Source: Auanema rhodensis
Lineage: Eukaryota > Animalia > Nematoda
NCBI GenBank assembly: GCA_964057225.1
Contig: OZ059895.1
Coordinates: 16,678,001-16,742,000 of the forward strand
Reading direction: 5' to 3'
DNA length: 64,000 nucleotides
Positions 27,580 to 49,700 of the stretch are shown here, piece by piece (position 1 is the stretch's first letter; every line of letters begins with the position of its first letter). The position numbers and the translations under genes are program-made. The notes under the pieces are model-generated. The model did no database searches. It was given only the letters and a program-made list of their open reading frames with translations, and was not told the origin of the DNA.

Positions 27580-27870
27580 TTATCAACTTGATACTTATAA
27601 TTATTATTGTTAGGACTATTATGACTATGTTACTATTACATAAGTGTTGCAAAAGGAAAAAGAATACTTATTAGGAAAATTGATCAGTTTAACTTATCAG
27701 CAGTCTCGTATGGTTCCCCCGTTGATAAGACTTATCTATATCTTCTAATGGCAACCAATTTTTCAAAGCATTCTACTAAAAGCTTCTTGTGTTTTATACA
27801 TTTTTTTGCTTCCTCACACTCAAACAATCATTCAAAAAAACCGATTTATACGATAAAAAATCCTTATCTC
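27580..27870. promoter_or_regulatory. GATA-site cluster upstream of haf-4 copy B, probable intestinal (ELT-2-type) promoter
   Basis: TTATCA at 27580 and 27694, TGATAA at 27723, CTTATCT at 27731 and 27863, CGATAA at 27851. C. elegans haf-4 is an intestinal gene. Confidence 0.55.
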
Positions 27871-28067
27871 TTCCTTTTTTTCAATCTGAAAAAAAAGAAC
27901 AAGAATCATATAAAAAACATGTGGAAGTTTTTCTAATTTTTCGCATACCCTTCTATTTATGTATTTAACGATGTTAATTGCTGGAAATTATGTTTTCACA
28001 TAAATTTTTCGTTGAAACTGTTCTTATTAAGCTACAAATTGCAATATTCTTAGGTTGTGGCCTCAAA

Positions 28068-31000
28068 ATGTCATCCATGGCCTCACGGTTAGCCTGGGGA
28101 TTATGCCTGACAACTATTGATATATCTATATGTGTTATTTGTGCATTTTTACATGGAACTAACTTTTCCGTTGCTAATTTTACGGAACAATTAACTAACT
28201 TTTCATTCCTAACAAGGTAAATGCAATTCTGAAACAAAGTTTCATTATTATCACTTCAGTACATTAGATTTACTGGTTTTGGCTATCATAAGATGCATCT
28301 TATGGATTTTGCCTGCTATACTTCATTACTCAGGTGCTCAGGCTGACAAACTCAATTCCTACCAACAAGTATATCCTTCATATCTAACAAACGAATGTAT
28401 TCAAACTTTAGGTAATCTCGTGTGTTGCATTGATAATGTATGCTTGCAGTCCAACAAAAATTTTATTGTTGACTGAGCCAAAAGCTCCCGGTAAGTACGA
28501 TCAGTCCTCGCCCCGATATTAACAAAGATTTCTTATACAGGAGAGCTGTTATTCTTTGGTGACTACTTGTTTCTTATTTGGAACTTTTTCGCAGCTGCAT
28601 TGCTAGATTTCTCCTGGAAATTATACTTTTCCAAAGCTCCATCTTCCTATGTTGTACTGGATGAAGATTACGAGGTATAAAATCGTAAACATATAATTCA
28701 TGAGTTTAACACCAAATTATAATTAAAGGATGAAGAAGAATTGGCTCCTAAGCAAACTTTTGAGCTGTTGTTCCGTCTGATGCAATATTGTAAGAAAGAA
28801 TGGCTTTGGCATCTATCCGGATTTTCGTGGTTGTTCATCTACTCAGTCAGTAAGTCATCAAATTCTTTTATACCAGATTAATAATAAAAACAATTAAATA
28901 CTTAAACCTTTAGCCAGAATCTTCGTTCCATATTATACTGGACAAGTTATTGCCACAGTTGTTGCTACAAAGTCCTATCCATCATTAATAAGTGCCGTTT
29001 ATCTCATGACCGTTATCTCTGTTGTCAGGTTCATATGAATTAATTTATCAAAAACAACCTATCCTTCTCGATAATAGCTTATTTTCTATGAATATCCGAA
29101 ATAGAAAAAAATTAAATACCTTATCCATATTCTAGTGCTCTGGCAGCTGGTCTTCGTGGAGGTTCATTTGACTATGCCTACAGCAGAATTAACAGAGCAA
29201 TCCGTTATGATCTGTTTTCGGCCCTTGTCCAGCAAGATGTAGCTTTCTTTGATGCCCACAAGACAGGTATTGAAGATATTTTTACTAAATAAAAGTTCAA
29301 TATATTTATAGGAGAAATTGGATCACGTTTGGCCGCTGATTGCCAGACAATGTCAGACACAGTAGCCATGAATGTTAATGTTTTTTTGAGGTAATATAGC
29401 AAAATAATAAAATATAAAATGGTTTAAAAGATTTTTACGAAATTTAATCTCTAAAGTTATAGTAATCAAATTAAAAACAAAAATGTTTTGTAAATTATAA
29501 ATAAATTTAAAAAATAAAAAAACAACCGCTTACTGCCCTGAAAAATGGAAAAATAACCAAACGCGACAATACGTCAAAAATTAGAATATTCAGCTTCCTG
29601 AGGAATATGCTAATTTCAGAAATACGGTTATGTTATTGGGCTCAATGATGTTCATGATGACACTTTCATGGAGGCTATCACTTATTACTTTTATTTTGGT
29701 TCCTGTGATTTTTGTCGCTTCCAAGATTTTTGGTACATACTACGATGTAAGTAAAAACTACTTTTCATAAATACTATTGGTTAAAATGATAAAAAGCTTA
29801 ATATTTCAGCATATTGCGGAGAAAACACAAGATACCATTGCTCATTCTAATGATGTAGCTGAAGAAGTGTTATCAACCATGCGTACTGTTCGTTCATTTG
29901 CTTGTGAGCATGTTGAAGGGGATCGATTCTATGACAAATTAACTGATACCTTGAGGATTACAACCACGAAAGCATATGCATACATTGCTTTCTTATGGAT
30001 ATCTGAAGTATGAATATTGATTTACTCTATTGAAATTGAAAATTATAAATGGTTTCAGCTTTTCCAAGCTCTTATTGTTGTCGCTGTTCTCTGGTATGGT
30101 GGTCATTTAGTCCTTCAGAAGAAAATGCAGGTATTCATATACTGCATACTACTCAATCAGATTCAAAACATTTAGGGTGATCTGTTAGTATCTTTCTTGC
30201 TCTATCAAATGCAACTCGGAGAAAATTTAAGACAAATGGGAGAAGTTTGGACAGGTTTGATGCAATCTGTTGGAGCAAGTAGAAAAGTATGTTATTGAAG
30301 AGATTTTGCTTGAAAATGAAATATCTGTTTTAGGTCTTTGAGTATATTGACCGTCCGCCAACTATTCAACACTACGGTACTTCTCAGCCGCCTCAGTTGA
30401 AAGGACGTATTGAATTCCGCAACGTTCATTTCAGCTACCCTACTCGTAGTAATAATCCAATCCTCAAGGTTTATTGGTTTAAAATTAATATTGGAATTAC
30501 TTTCATCTATTAAAGGATCTTTCTTTCACTGTTGAACCTGGAGAGACTGTTGCTTTAGTTGGTCCTTCTGGTTCTGGAAAGTCATCCTGCATTGCTTTGT
30601 TAGAAAACTTCTATCAACCAGTGGCTGGACAAATTCTGATCGATGGAATTCCATTAGATGAATATGAGCATCATTATATTCACAGAAAGGTAATTCATTA
30701 ATGCTGTCTGGTCTGATATCATGATTAATTCGGCAGATTGCTTTGGTTGGGCAAGAACCTGTACTGTTTGCTCGTTCCGTTATGGAAAATATTAGATATG
30801 GATGTGATGACAAGACGGAAACGGTAAATTTGAAAATGTCCACGAGGCAATGAAGCAACTATTTTCATAGGATTGCATAAATGCTGCTGTGATGGCAAAT
30901 GCTCATAGTTTTATCATGGAGAGTACAGGCAAATATGAAACCAATGTCGGAGAAAAGGGAAGTCAGATGTCTGGAGGACAGAAGCAACGTATTGCGATTG

Positions 31001-31621
31001 CTCGCGCACTTGTACGTCAGCCAGTTATTCTTCTCCTTGATGAAGCTACTTCTGCTCTTGATACTGAATCAGAAGCTGTTGTTCAGGTAAGCCCCTACAG
31101 CTGTTAATGCATGAAATCACAGATAAAGTAGAAATCGACAGTTGAAAATATTAATTTTTCTGGAAATAAAACTAACTTTAGGAAGCCATCTATAAGAATC
31201 TCGAGGGTAAAAGTGTTATCTTGATTGCTCACAGATTGTCAACGGTAGAAAAAGCCGATAAGATCATAGTGATCAATAAGGTTTTTATTATTTTTTTTTT
31301 AAAATGAACTTAAATTTTCAAGGGAAGAGTAGAGCAAATGGGAACTCATGAACAGTTATTGAATCAGCCTGGAACCTATGCAACTTTGGTTCAAAGACAA
31401 ATGTTAGGTGGAGGAAAGAAAAATGGTAAACCAGCACCACCCTCAGCTTCTAGGTACTGCTTACTCTAATCATGATATTGTTTCACAATTATCACAAAAA
31501 TGGGTAGATAAAAACCGTTTCGTTTAGATCTGTTAGCGTAGGCAATGGAAGTCAAGGAGGTGCCATGTCTTTATTATCAACTAGCTTTAGTCAGTCAGCT
31601 AGCAGTGTTACTTCTCGATAA
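28068..31621 (+). CDS. haf-4: TAP/ABCB9-like half ABC transporter, haf-4 paralogue B (conservative copy)
   Basis: Matches recalled C. elegans HAF-4 segments closely: [98 protein letters not shown], and C-terminus [19 protein letters not shown]. Confidence 0.92.
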
Positions 31622-32654
31622 AAATGAAATTCAACTGTGATCTAAACCTAATATTTCAAAAACTACATTTCAAATATTTTTAGAAGATTTGTAAATTTGT
31701 ATTTTTTAAATTTATATTGTTATCTAGTCATGATGAAATTAATTGTTTCTACTTTTGGAAGTGATTTATAGTACGTGTGTTTTCGAACAAAATAAAAGAT
31801 TAATTAAGTTTATATTCGCATTATGTCTTCTAAATGGTTATTTCTTTACATTTCTTGTTTAAAATTGCCATATATATAAGATGTGTCATCTTAGAGCTTT
31901 ATTCTTTGAATTTTGGTAAAGTTCAGTGCTAGCTCGGATAGATGTGAATTCATTGTCGTCGTGCAAGGGTCGTCTTGAACACCCAAGGTCGATCTTTTTG
32001 ACGTTAACGACGATGACGAAGCCGACGTCCACGACGTACGTACCATGATGTCGATGTTGGAGAAGAAGATGATGATGGTAATGATGTCCATCATCATCAT
32101 TGCCGTAGAATGAAAATCAGAAAGAGGAGACATCGTCAATAATCGACTTACCATGCGCGTATTTGTATTTCCTCTCGTACGGGTTTCACCCCTGTTCAAA
32201 ATAATTCTGAAGTTTTCATAAAAATTGTTGTTGCATGGTCTCTATAGCATGAACAAAACAAATCCACGCGCCCGTGTCCATCACAAAGAGCCTCTCTGAG
32301 AAGATATCTGACCATATGACCTTCGAGACCGAATCTAATACAGATATGAGAGAAAAGTAAAAGAGAGAAGGAGAAGAATCAAGAGAGAAAAACAGAAATT
32401 AGAAATAGAGAGGGAACGTGAGACGAGGTAAGACGGAGTTAGACAAGGAATACAGAAGATCTGTTGTCTGTTCAAGACGAAATGACCATGGTTCGCACCC
32501 TCTCACTTCTAACAAACCATCTTCATAACTAGTAGGATTTTCTTTCTTCTTCCCCCTCTCTCTCTCTTTCCGTGTATATTCAAATCTTGCAATTCTCTCA
32601 GTCTCTCTCAGTTTCATCTTATCTGTCTCCCTCTCTCTCTCTTTCATATATCTC

Positions 32655-32899
32655 TATAAAGTTCTGGATCTCGAGAGTACAAGGTAAGTTAAATAACAAT
32701 TATTTGAAGGCTGAACATACAAATAGTCGGAAGATGAGAGAAATAATGTAAAATTTCTTTAATTACCATCTTATGTTCTTCCCTTTCTCGCATTGCTCAT
32801 ACTTTCTGGCGTCTCAGGGAATTATTCATGGTCTTGTTACGCTTGTTACTGATCATCATCACTGACTTTCCCAATACCTTTCTATCCGATTTCTCTCGA

Positions 32900-32953
<54 letters not shown>

Positions 32954-33843
32954 CATCACTCTATCTCTTAGAGCTTATTACTCCTGATAAAACGATTGTC
33001 AGATAATATTAAGCGTTCATAAATAACTTGAAGACGACAGAGAAAGCAACAAAAATGGATTCGCAACCATCAACATCAAAACGGTGGAACAAGAGTGCAT
33101 TTTCTTTTAATAGCATGAATAGCTACACAGATCGGTACAATTCACACGACAACAATGCTAAGATTCTCCTTTTTGGAGGGCAAATTGGCTTCAAGGTTAT
33201 CTCTTGTACATACTGAGATCAAGAAAAATGTAGAAAAGCACAACGATGAAAAGTTCTGCCAATGCCTGTGTGTGTCACGGTTTTGGCATCAACCTGTCCT
33301 TCCGTCTTTTTTATATCAAAAAAGTATGTAATGGGTAGAAAAAATCTTTTTTTTTTGTTGAATCTTAAGATGACAACCGGAGACAAGGAAGATGGAAGTG
33401 CCGATCGAAAAACAACTACAAAGCCAGCTGTCTTGATTATATTTCATAAAAATTTAACATACAGTCCTGCAAAAAAGAGATCCTGCACTGGTCATATGCT
33501 TGGCTTCCACTTTATTTCATTTCACTTTACTTCAGCAGGCTATCACGACCTTTTCAGTTATCAGAAACGTTAACTACTATTCCCTGGATGATATATCATC
33601 TGTCGTGGGGTGTAGAAATGAAACTGATTGCTGTAGATCTCAAGGAGCTTGGCATGACTGAATATTGACAAGACGACGCATTGGGCTCGAATGCTATGAA
33701 TTCTAACACTGTTGCGATGGTCTCGAGTCCTCAGATCACCTTCAGTGTTATCGATTCGGTTTCTGATGCATGTTATCCGCATCTAACATCTTGCTCAGGG
33801 ACAACCAAAAAGAAGACGACAACTAAGAGAGAGAAGGAGAGAA

Positions 33844-33876
<33 letters not shown>

Positions 33877-34707
33877 AACTGACAGATAATCCTTTCTTTA
33901 AAATACAGCAGATTGATATATATCTTCAAGTTCATACTATCATGCCTAAATTATTCTAGTACTATCTCAATCCGATTTTCTTTTTCGCACATATTTTCCA
34001 AAGTATTCAAACTTTATGCCCATAAGTTTTAACAATTAGCTATCGCCTGTCAAATTAGTCTTTACAGCCGTTACAATTCATTACAATGGTTAGCCTCAGG
34101 GTTAGCGATTAATCGTGTTCTATCTTACAGTACAGACAACACGATGAATTACATCTGAGTACGAAGATCTTCTTGTTCCATCATCACAAATTGACGAGGG
34201 TTGGCACTAAATGAGTGAGTAAGTTGACCGGGAATTCAAATACAGCAGCCAAATATTGCATTGTTCAGGCTGAAAAGAGTGGACGATGCCGCAAGGACGT
34301 TGTAGCATGAGAGGGAGGAATCCTGAATGGATAGGCAGCATGGCGACAGAGCAAACTCCCATTACGGCAATCCCTCCAACTGCAATGGTCACTGGGAGTA
34401 CCCACATGCCATCAACAAGACCATTAATTTTCAAAAAAAAAAGATTTTATTATGTCTTTTTCAAACACAGTTACTTTGTCCTTTTTTTGGGGAACAAAAA
34501 ATCATTCAAATGGTCTAGTATATGCCGATGTGAAACAGACTGTTGCTGCCTGATCTAAAGCGAAAACAGCATGAACGATGCATGTTAAAGGACAGACATT
34601 GGGGAGCCGAACGAATTTCAATTCTTAAACATCTATACCTCTTTCTCTCAAACTTTATATATTTTTATCTATCTCTTTACCTATTTCTCTTTCTCTCTCT
34701 TTCTCTC

Positions 34708-34744
<37 letters not shown>

Positions 34745-35520
34745 TTATCGCTCTTTCTCTTTTAACCACCTCTAACAAAGTTAACGATCTGATTCACGCT
34801 TATAGTTGGGAAACTCGTACCAGGTTTTTTCGAGAACTGGCTGGAAATCACAACCTTCGAAGTTTCCAACTCTATTCGGTATTTTCTAAAACATGCTCTC
34901 AAGTCTTGATATGAACATCACGCAAAATCTACGGCAAATGTAAAAATGCATTGTAAACCTGAGGCAGAAACCCATTTCATCTACCTGTCCACCAGGAACT
35001 TTAGAAAGGGCCGGGGAAAAAAATTCATAACTATCTTGTGGTGTAGGTCTGAACGACAATTTAACTTTGACTCGTCGCTTCAGGGGCGATTATCTGGACT
35101 ATGAAACTACAGATTACCGTGATGGCTCTCTCTCTCTCTCATAGTTATACCTCAGTTACGAAACAGAAAAGGTAGGACCGGTGCCGTAGCTCACGGACGT
35201 CGTCTTCGGTGACGGTTCGTGCAGGTCGGTGACTGGTTAATCTGGATTGACGGCGCTCGTCGACGTCCAGTGACTGGACGATGGCCATCCGACGGCGTCG
35301 TGATCTTCTTCTCCTTCGGAAAAGATTCAGAAGACAGAGGCAAGATTAAGGCTCAATGCTGATTTTTGCATTCATATGTGATATAACTGACAAAAATTAA
35401 AGGAAGATGGTCTTTCGATCGGTTGGTACGGGTACAACGGTGACCAACTCTATAATAGTGACGTATACACGGTGCGATTATCGCTCCAAGAGTTTCGAGA
35501 AATAAAGAAGAGAGAGACAA
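32655..35520 (+). ncRNA. Candidate long non-coding transcript carrying lin-4 complementary elements (unproven)
   Basis: TATAAA at 32655, AATAAA at 35501, no credible coding ORF. lin-4 seed matches at 32811-32820, 33794-33801, 34095-34101 and 35080-35085. Transcription is inferred only. Confidence 0.3.
32904..34745. repeat. (CT)n/(GA)n microsatellites upstream of nhr-23
   Basis: (CT)n at 32904-32950, (GA)n at about 33830-33876, CT-rich tract at about 34685-34745. Confidence 0.95.
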
Positions 35521-35720
35521 AATTACAGGTAATGATTGAGAGAGAAAAAGAATACAACGATAGAGAGAGTGAGAAATAACGATAGAGAGAGAGAATGGAC
35601 AGTCGTCAACGGACCTGGGCGGGCCCATCCCCCTATAGGAGTGGCCTTCAGCCGCGGGCAGCCGCCGTCGTCGTCCCCGTCTGTCGTCCGTCGTCCGTCC
35701 GTCCGTCCCAGCCGCCGGTC

Positions 35721-44781
<9,061 letters not shown>

Positions 44782-46712
44782 TCTATTAATACTTAATATA
44801 TTACATAACTGAACTGATTTCGGTTTCTTGCATTTTATTTCTGTATTTTCATCACAATGTGTGCCACTAACGGGTATGTGCGGCCCGACCACTTTCAACA
44901 TAGATCCGGGAAGTCTGCCTATGATCTAAGTGCTTTATCATCAGCGTTTGGTTATCGTGATAACATATTTATTATATTCTTGTTTAATTGCAGCTGGTGC
45001 AATCTAGGTATATCTTTAATAAATAATAAGAGCTACAATATTGTAATGTATTATAACATTTTCCTAATAATATTCGAATTGTATATTCATAATTTCGGCA
45101 TTTTCATGTAGTTATCTCATTCTATGGCCGCACGACGATCTTCTGATTACATTCCCATTTAAGTATTTGGGTAGCTTACTGTTGCAATATATTGTATGTT
45201 ACGTTGTCAATTGTATTAATGTTAATTGTTTTCAGTAAGCTTTACTCCTGTTGTGCTAGATTTTTATGTGGCTGAAAGCTGCATTACTGAAGTTTTGCGA
45301 GACAATCCTCATTTATTAAATGAAGAATTCGAAATATTATGTCTTTTATTTGCATACAGGGAATTAACTCTTGTCTAGTTTTTGTAAGAAGAAATATTTG
45401 TTTAGTCGTTGTTGTTACGTGTACACGAGGTAAAAGAAAGTTTCAATAAGAGTTGAAGATTAATCATTAATCAATTAACAAATACTGGGCACATGTTCAA
45501 AAACACTTTTACTTTATTGTTTAGATTGTAAGCTATTCTTTTTTTCTTAACGTTTATATTTGATTTATTAGCATGTATTGCTTTAATGTGAAACGATTTG
45601 AAAGCTTTAAGTAGAAGCGTATTTTTGCATTTTGAATACGGTATTCAAAGGTATTCCGAATGCAAAACATGTTTCGGGTACGTAACTGGAAAAAAAATTT
45701 CACTTTATCGCTTTTTCTGCTTTTGTTCTTAAAATTTCTGAAATGCGTGTGCAGATAAGTTTTATAGTTTAGTGCGATTATCAGGATATTCTTTTTAATG
45801 TTTGTATGTTCTGTGTTGAATACAGATGAAATATATGTTATATTGGGCTAATAAATCTGTGAACTTCCGCTCTTAATATAAATTATGTTACTTAAATTTA
45901 ATATTATCAATACTCAACATTTTTAATGTGGGAAGACAATAAGTCGCGAAATTTGACACTTGTTTGCTGCGTAATCAATAAAAAGGGGAGGCCTTGAGTC
46001 TCCCGAGGAAACTAAAAAATACGAGGGCCGCGTTAAGCTTTCAGATTTGCTATGCATCCATTCACCATTTCCGTCTAGTTTCAGGGCCTTTGTTAAATTC
46101 AAAACTATGAAAGATTATCCGGATAAATTTGTGCATAAGTTTGTAGTGCTTGGGAAATTTAGTTCAATTTCGTTTGAAAAGATTACATCTGTTTTGGATG
46201 GTGACATCTAGTCATCAAACTCATCAGCGTGTCATATGGTGTGTTCAATACTTCAGCTATCCACAATATACTATAGCTTTTTGAAAAACAATACTCATGC
46301 GAAGTTATCTAATTCTTTAACATGAATTTTTTTATTTTAACCCTCACATTGATTCTTGCATTTGTGACGTCGTCAAAACATGTTCTTTTCAACGCAAATT
46401 TTGATTTTGTCTTCTTCATATTTAGTTTTAGATAGAGAAGACTATGCTTCAATCGAAAGTCTTCGTCTTATCTTTTAGAGTATCATTTGCCGACGCAATC
46501 TGAACTCTTCATGTAGGTACTCGTGTTTTTCTTTATTTATTTATAATTGGTGTATGCTTATCTTCAACCGCTAAAGTTGTATAATTCTTTCCGAAACATT
46601 ATGTTTCAACTATTATATCTATGATTTCAATGAACTTTTCTTCCTTGTTTCGTTTGCCTTTGTACTAAAACTATAATAATTATGATGCTTCTAGTGTTGA
46701 GCTGGATTCAAC

Positions 46713-49700
46713 ATGAGTATAACGTGCCCTCCACCTCCAGGACCAAAAGAACTGATGGAGCGTGAGGAAAGACTATCTAGAGGCTCTGTACGTTCAAAAC
46801 TTTATTGTTTTTTATCAAACTTGTGTTCAGAAAGCTGTAATTGGAATATGCGCTATGAATCGTAAAGCAACAAGCAAACCAATGCGGGAAATTATGAGCA
46901 AAATTGTAGAATTCTATAGTGTGAGTCCTTTTACGTTTTCCATAGTATGTTGATGTTCTTGAGAAAATAAATGTATTGATTGTAAAAGCGAACTTGTTTG
47001 TTTTCAGTCATGGTTAGATTACTTTATTTTTCCTGAATCTGTGATTCTCAATGAGCCAGTCGAGCGATGGCCATTATGTGATTGCTTAATATCATTCCAT
47101 TCTACAGATTTTCCTCTATACAAGGTACCATTATTTAAAGATATAAAATAGTTTCACCACCTTTTAAGGCAATTAAGTATGTAGAATTAAGGAGGCCTTA
47201 TGTAATTAATGATTTGAAAAGACAATACGATTTGGTAAGTCAAGTTTTTTCGGGTTAAATTCAATTTTACTGTCGAATTGTAGCTGGATCGTAGGAAAGT
47301 TTTCCGAACCTTAGCCAAAGAAGGCATTGAACATCCCAGACATGGTGTCCTTATGAGAGGGGATCCTAATGAACCAGGTTTTGCAAATATTACAGAATTT
47401 GATTATTATGTTGTTTTACGATATAGATGGAGAATTAGTTGAGCATAGCGATCACATAGAAGTCAATGGCATGATATTTAATAAGCCATTCGTAGAAAAA
47501 CCAATTTCTGCTGAGGATCACAATGTCTACATCTACTATCCCAGCTCTGCTGGTGGTGGATCTCAGAGGCTGTTCAGAAAGGTTTGTAAATGTGCTATTA
47601 ACAAAATTATTTCATTTTCCTTAAATAACCATAGCCTTACTTTTGATTCGCGGGTAGTTAACATGTAATGCTGAATTTCACAAATTTAAAACTTACTTTC
47701 AACTTGAAAGGTCTAGTTGCTAACGTGGGGATCTGAATTTTCATGAATTTTATACTCATTTTTCCACAAATTCCATGAAATAATTTTAGGGGAAGATGTC
47801 CATAAAAGGGAAATTGGTGAATGATCCGCATGTGAGTACATTAGGCATGACATTTTAAAAATTTGTTCTGCCGTGCTTAACTTTTTTAAACATTAGAAAG
47901 CTGTTGACACTCTTTATCTTAACAAAGCGCTAACAAGAAAGGTTTTATTGTTTTATCATAGCTAAAAGCCTCTAGAATTTCTTTAGCCATATGAGTTCTG
48001 TTGTAGCTAACGCTGTTGTCGCTTATATGTGTTAATCATAAATTTCCTTAGATAAATAATCGGAGTAGTTGGTATTCACCAGTTTCCGAGGTTCGTAAAA
48101 TGGGTTCATACATCTACGAAGACTTCATCCCAGCTGATGGTACCGACGTCAAGGTTTCTATCTAATTTTTGAATTGTTGATTTTGTTGTTGTTTAAGGTT
48201 TATGCTGTTGGGCCGTTTTATGCTCATGCTGAGGCTCGAAAAGCACCTGGATTAGATGGCAAGGTTGAAAGAGATACAGATGGGAAAGAGGTAAATCGGA
48301 GGATAATCTATCTATTTTTATATATCACATACTAAATTTACAAATTGTGTTTGGTTTTTGATTTTAACGACTTTTATTACCTAAGTAAACTACTTTTATA
48401 TTTGAAAAGGTTCATATTACAGGTCCGTTATCCAGTTATATTGAGTAATAAAGAAAAATTGATAGCTAGGAAGGTTGTGGATGCTTTCGGGGTAATTAGC
48501 TCTTGTTAAATTTCTATGATGTGTCAAAATCTTTTCAGCAAATAGTTTGCGGGTTTGACCTGTTACGAGCGAATGGAAAATCATATGTTTGTGATGTTAA
48601 TGGTTTTTCTTTTGTGAAAACATCTACGAAGTATTATGAAGTAAATCGTGAATTTTCATCAACATCCTCCTGTTTTTCTCCCTATTTAGGACACGGCAAA
48701 GATTTTGGGTAATTCGATTGTAAGGGCTCTGTCGAAGAACCACGATCGCATACCATTCCAAATGCCTTTGGGCGATCCTCCCTTGTTGGACTTAGGTTTA
48801 GGAGGTATTGATTTAGTTTATCGTCTCGATGATTAGAGTCTTCTTTTCAAGATGATCCGCCATTAGTTTCTACTCCAAGTGGTAAGCTAATGGAGCTGAG
48901 ATGTGTTTTGGCAGTAATTCGTCATGGTGATCGAACACCAAAACAGAAAATGAAAGTAGGGGATTGTATAACATTCGTCTTATTATTTCTATTCTTTTAG
49001 GTAGTGGTACATGATCAACGGTTTTTTGATTTATTCAAAAAGTATGATGGTTACAAAAAAAATGAAATTAAGGTACAAATTTTTCATAAAAATCTAAAAA
49101 ATGTTTTCTTTTTCAGATGAAACGACCTAATCAGCTAACCGAGGTTTTAGAGCTTGCCAAACAAATTTTATCAGAGCAATATGTATGCTTTCATTTCAAA
49201 TTTTAACGTTTATAATAACTTTTAGGAAGAGCGTAATAAAGTTTTACAAGATATTGAAAATAGTGAGAACGAAACTACTTGTATGGATTCTATAGAACAG
49301 AGATTAGAAGTAGTTGAAGATAAAATTAAAAAATGGGAGCAGATCAGAACGGTTTTGGAAATGTGAGTTCTAGCTAGATAGAAAGTCTCTTACTGCACTT
49401 AGTTTGAACTATTTTTTCCAAAGTGCTTGAGCTTGTGTATCTTTTGATTCTATTAACCTCGTTGCATGTTGAGGTTAATTTTTCAAGTTTTATTTAGATC
49501 TAATATACATGTCGTCTGGAGTTTGACGATTTAATGGCTTCTAACCACACTGCTTATGTTTTACTACTAACAAGTCTTGCATGTTTCTTACTTCATATCT
49601 GGTTATGTTAACACAAATTAACATTTATGTGATTTGATGCTCATTTAAGCATGAGTTGCAATAAATTTTTTCTTCTAACTGCATGAATATTTTTATAATT

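Noticed and set aside
26359-30858. Identical 110-aa minus-strand ORFs (26359-26691 and 30526-30858)
   Set aside because: Antisense shadows of the duplicated NBD exons and introns.
32760-32825. Minus-strand lin-4-family miRNA gene (reads UCCCUGAGACGCCAGAAAGUAUGA)
   Set aside because: No complementary arm forming a pre-miRNA hairpin. It fits better as a plus-strand target site.
34260-34420. Two-hairpin H/ACA snoRNA-like fold
   Set aside because: No ANANNA H box in the hinge and the stems are weak.
44782-45330. let-7 sites in the nhr-23 3' UTR
   Set aside because: No canonical CTACCTC found, only G:U-dependent matches such as TTATCTCA, which cannot be supported without conservation data.
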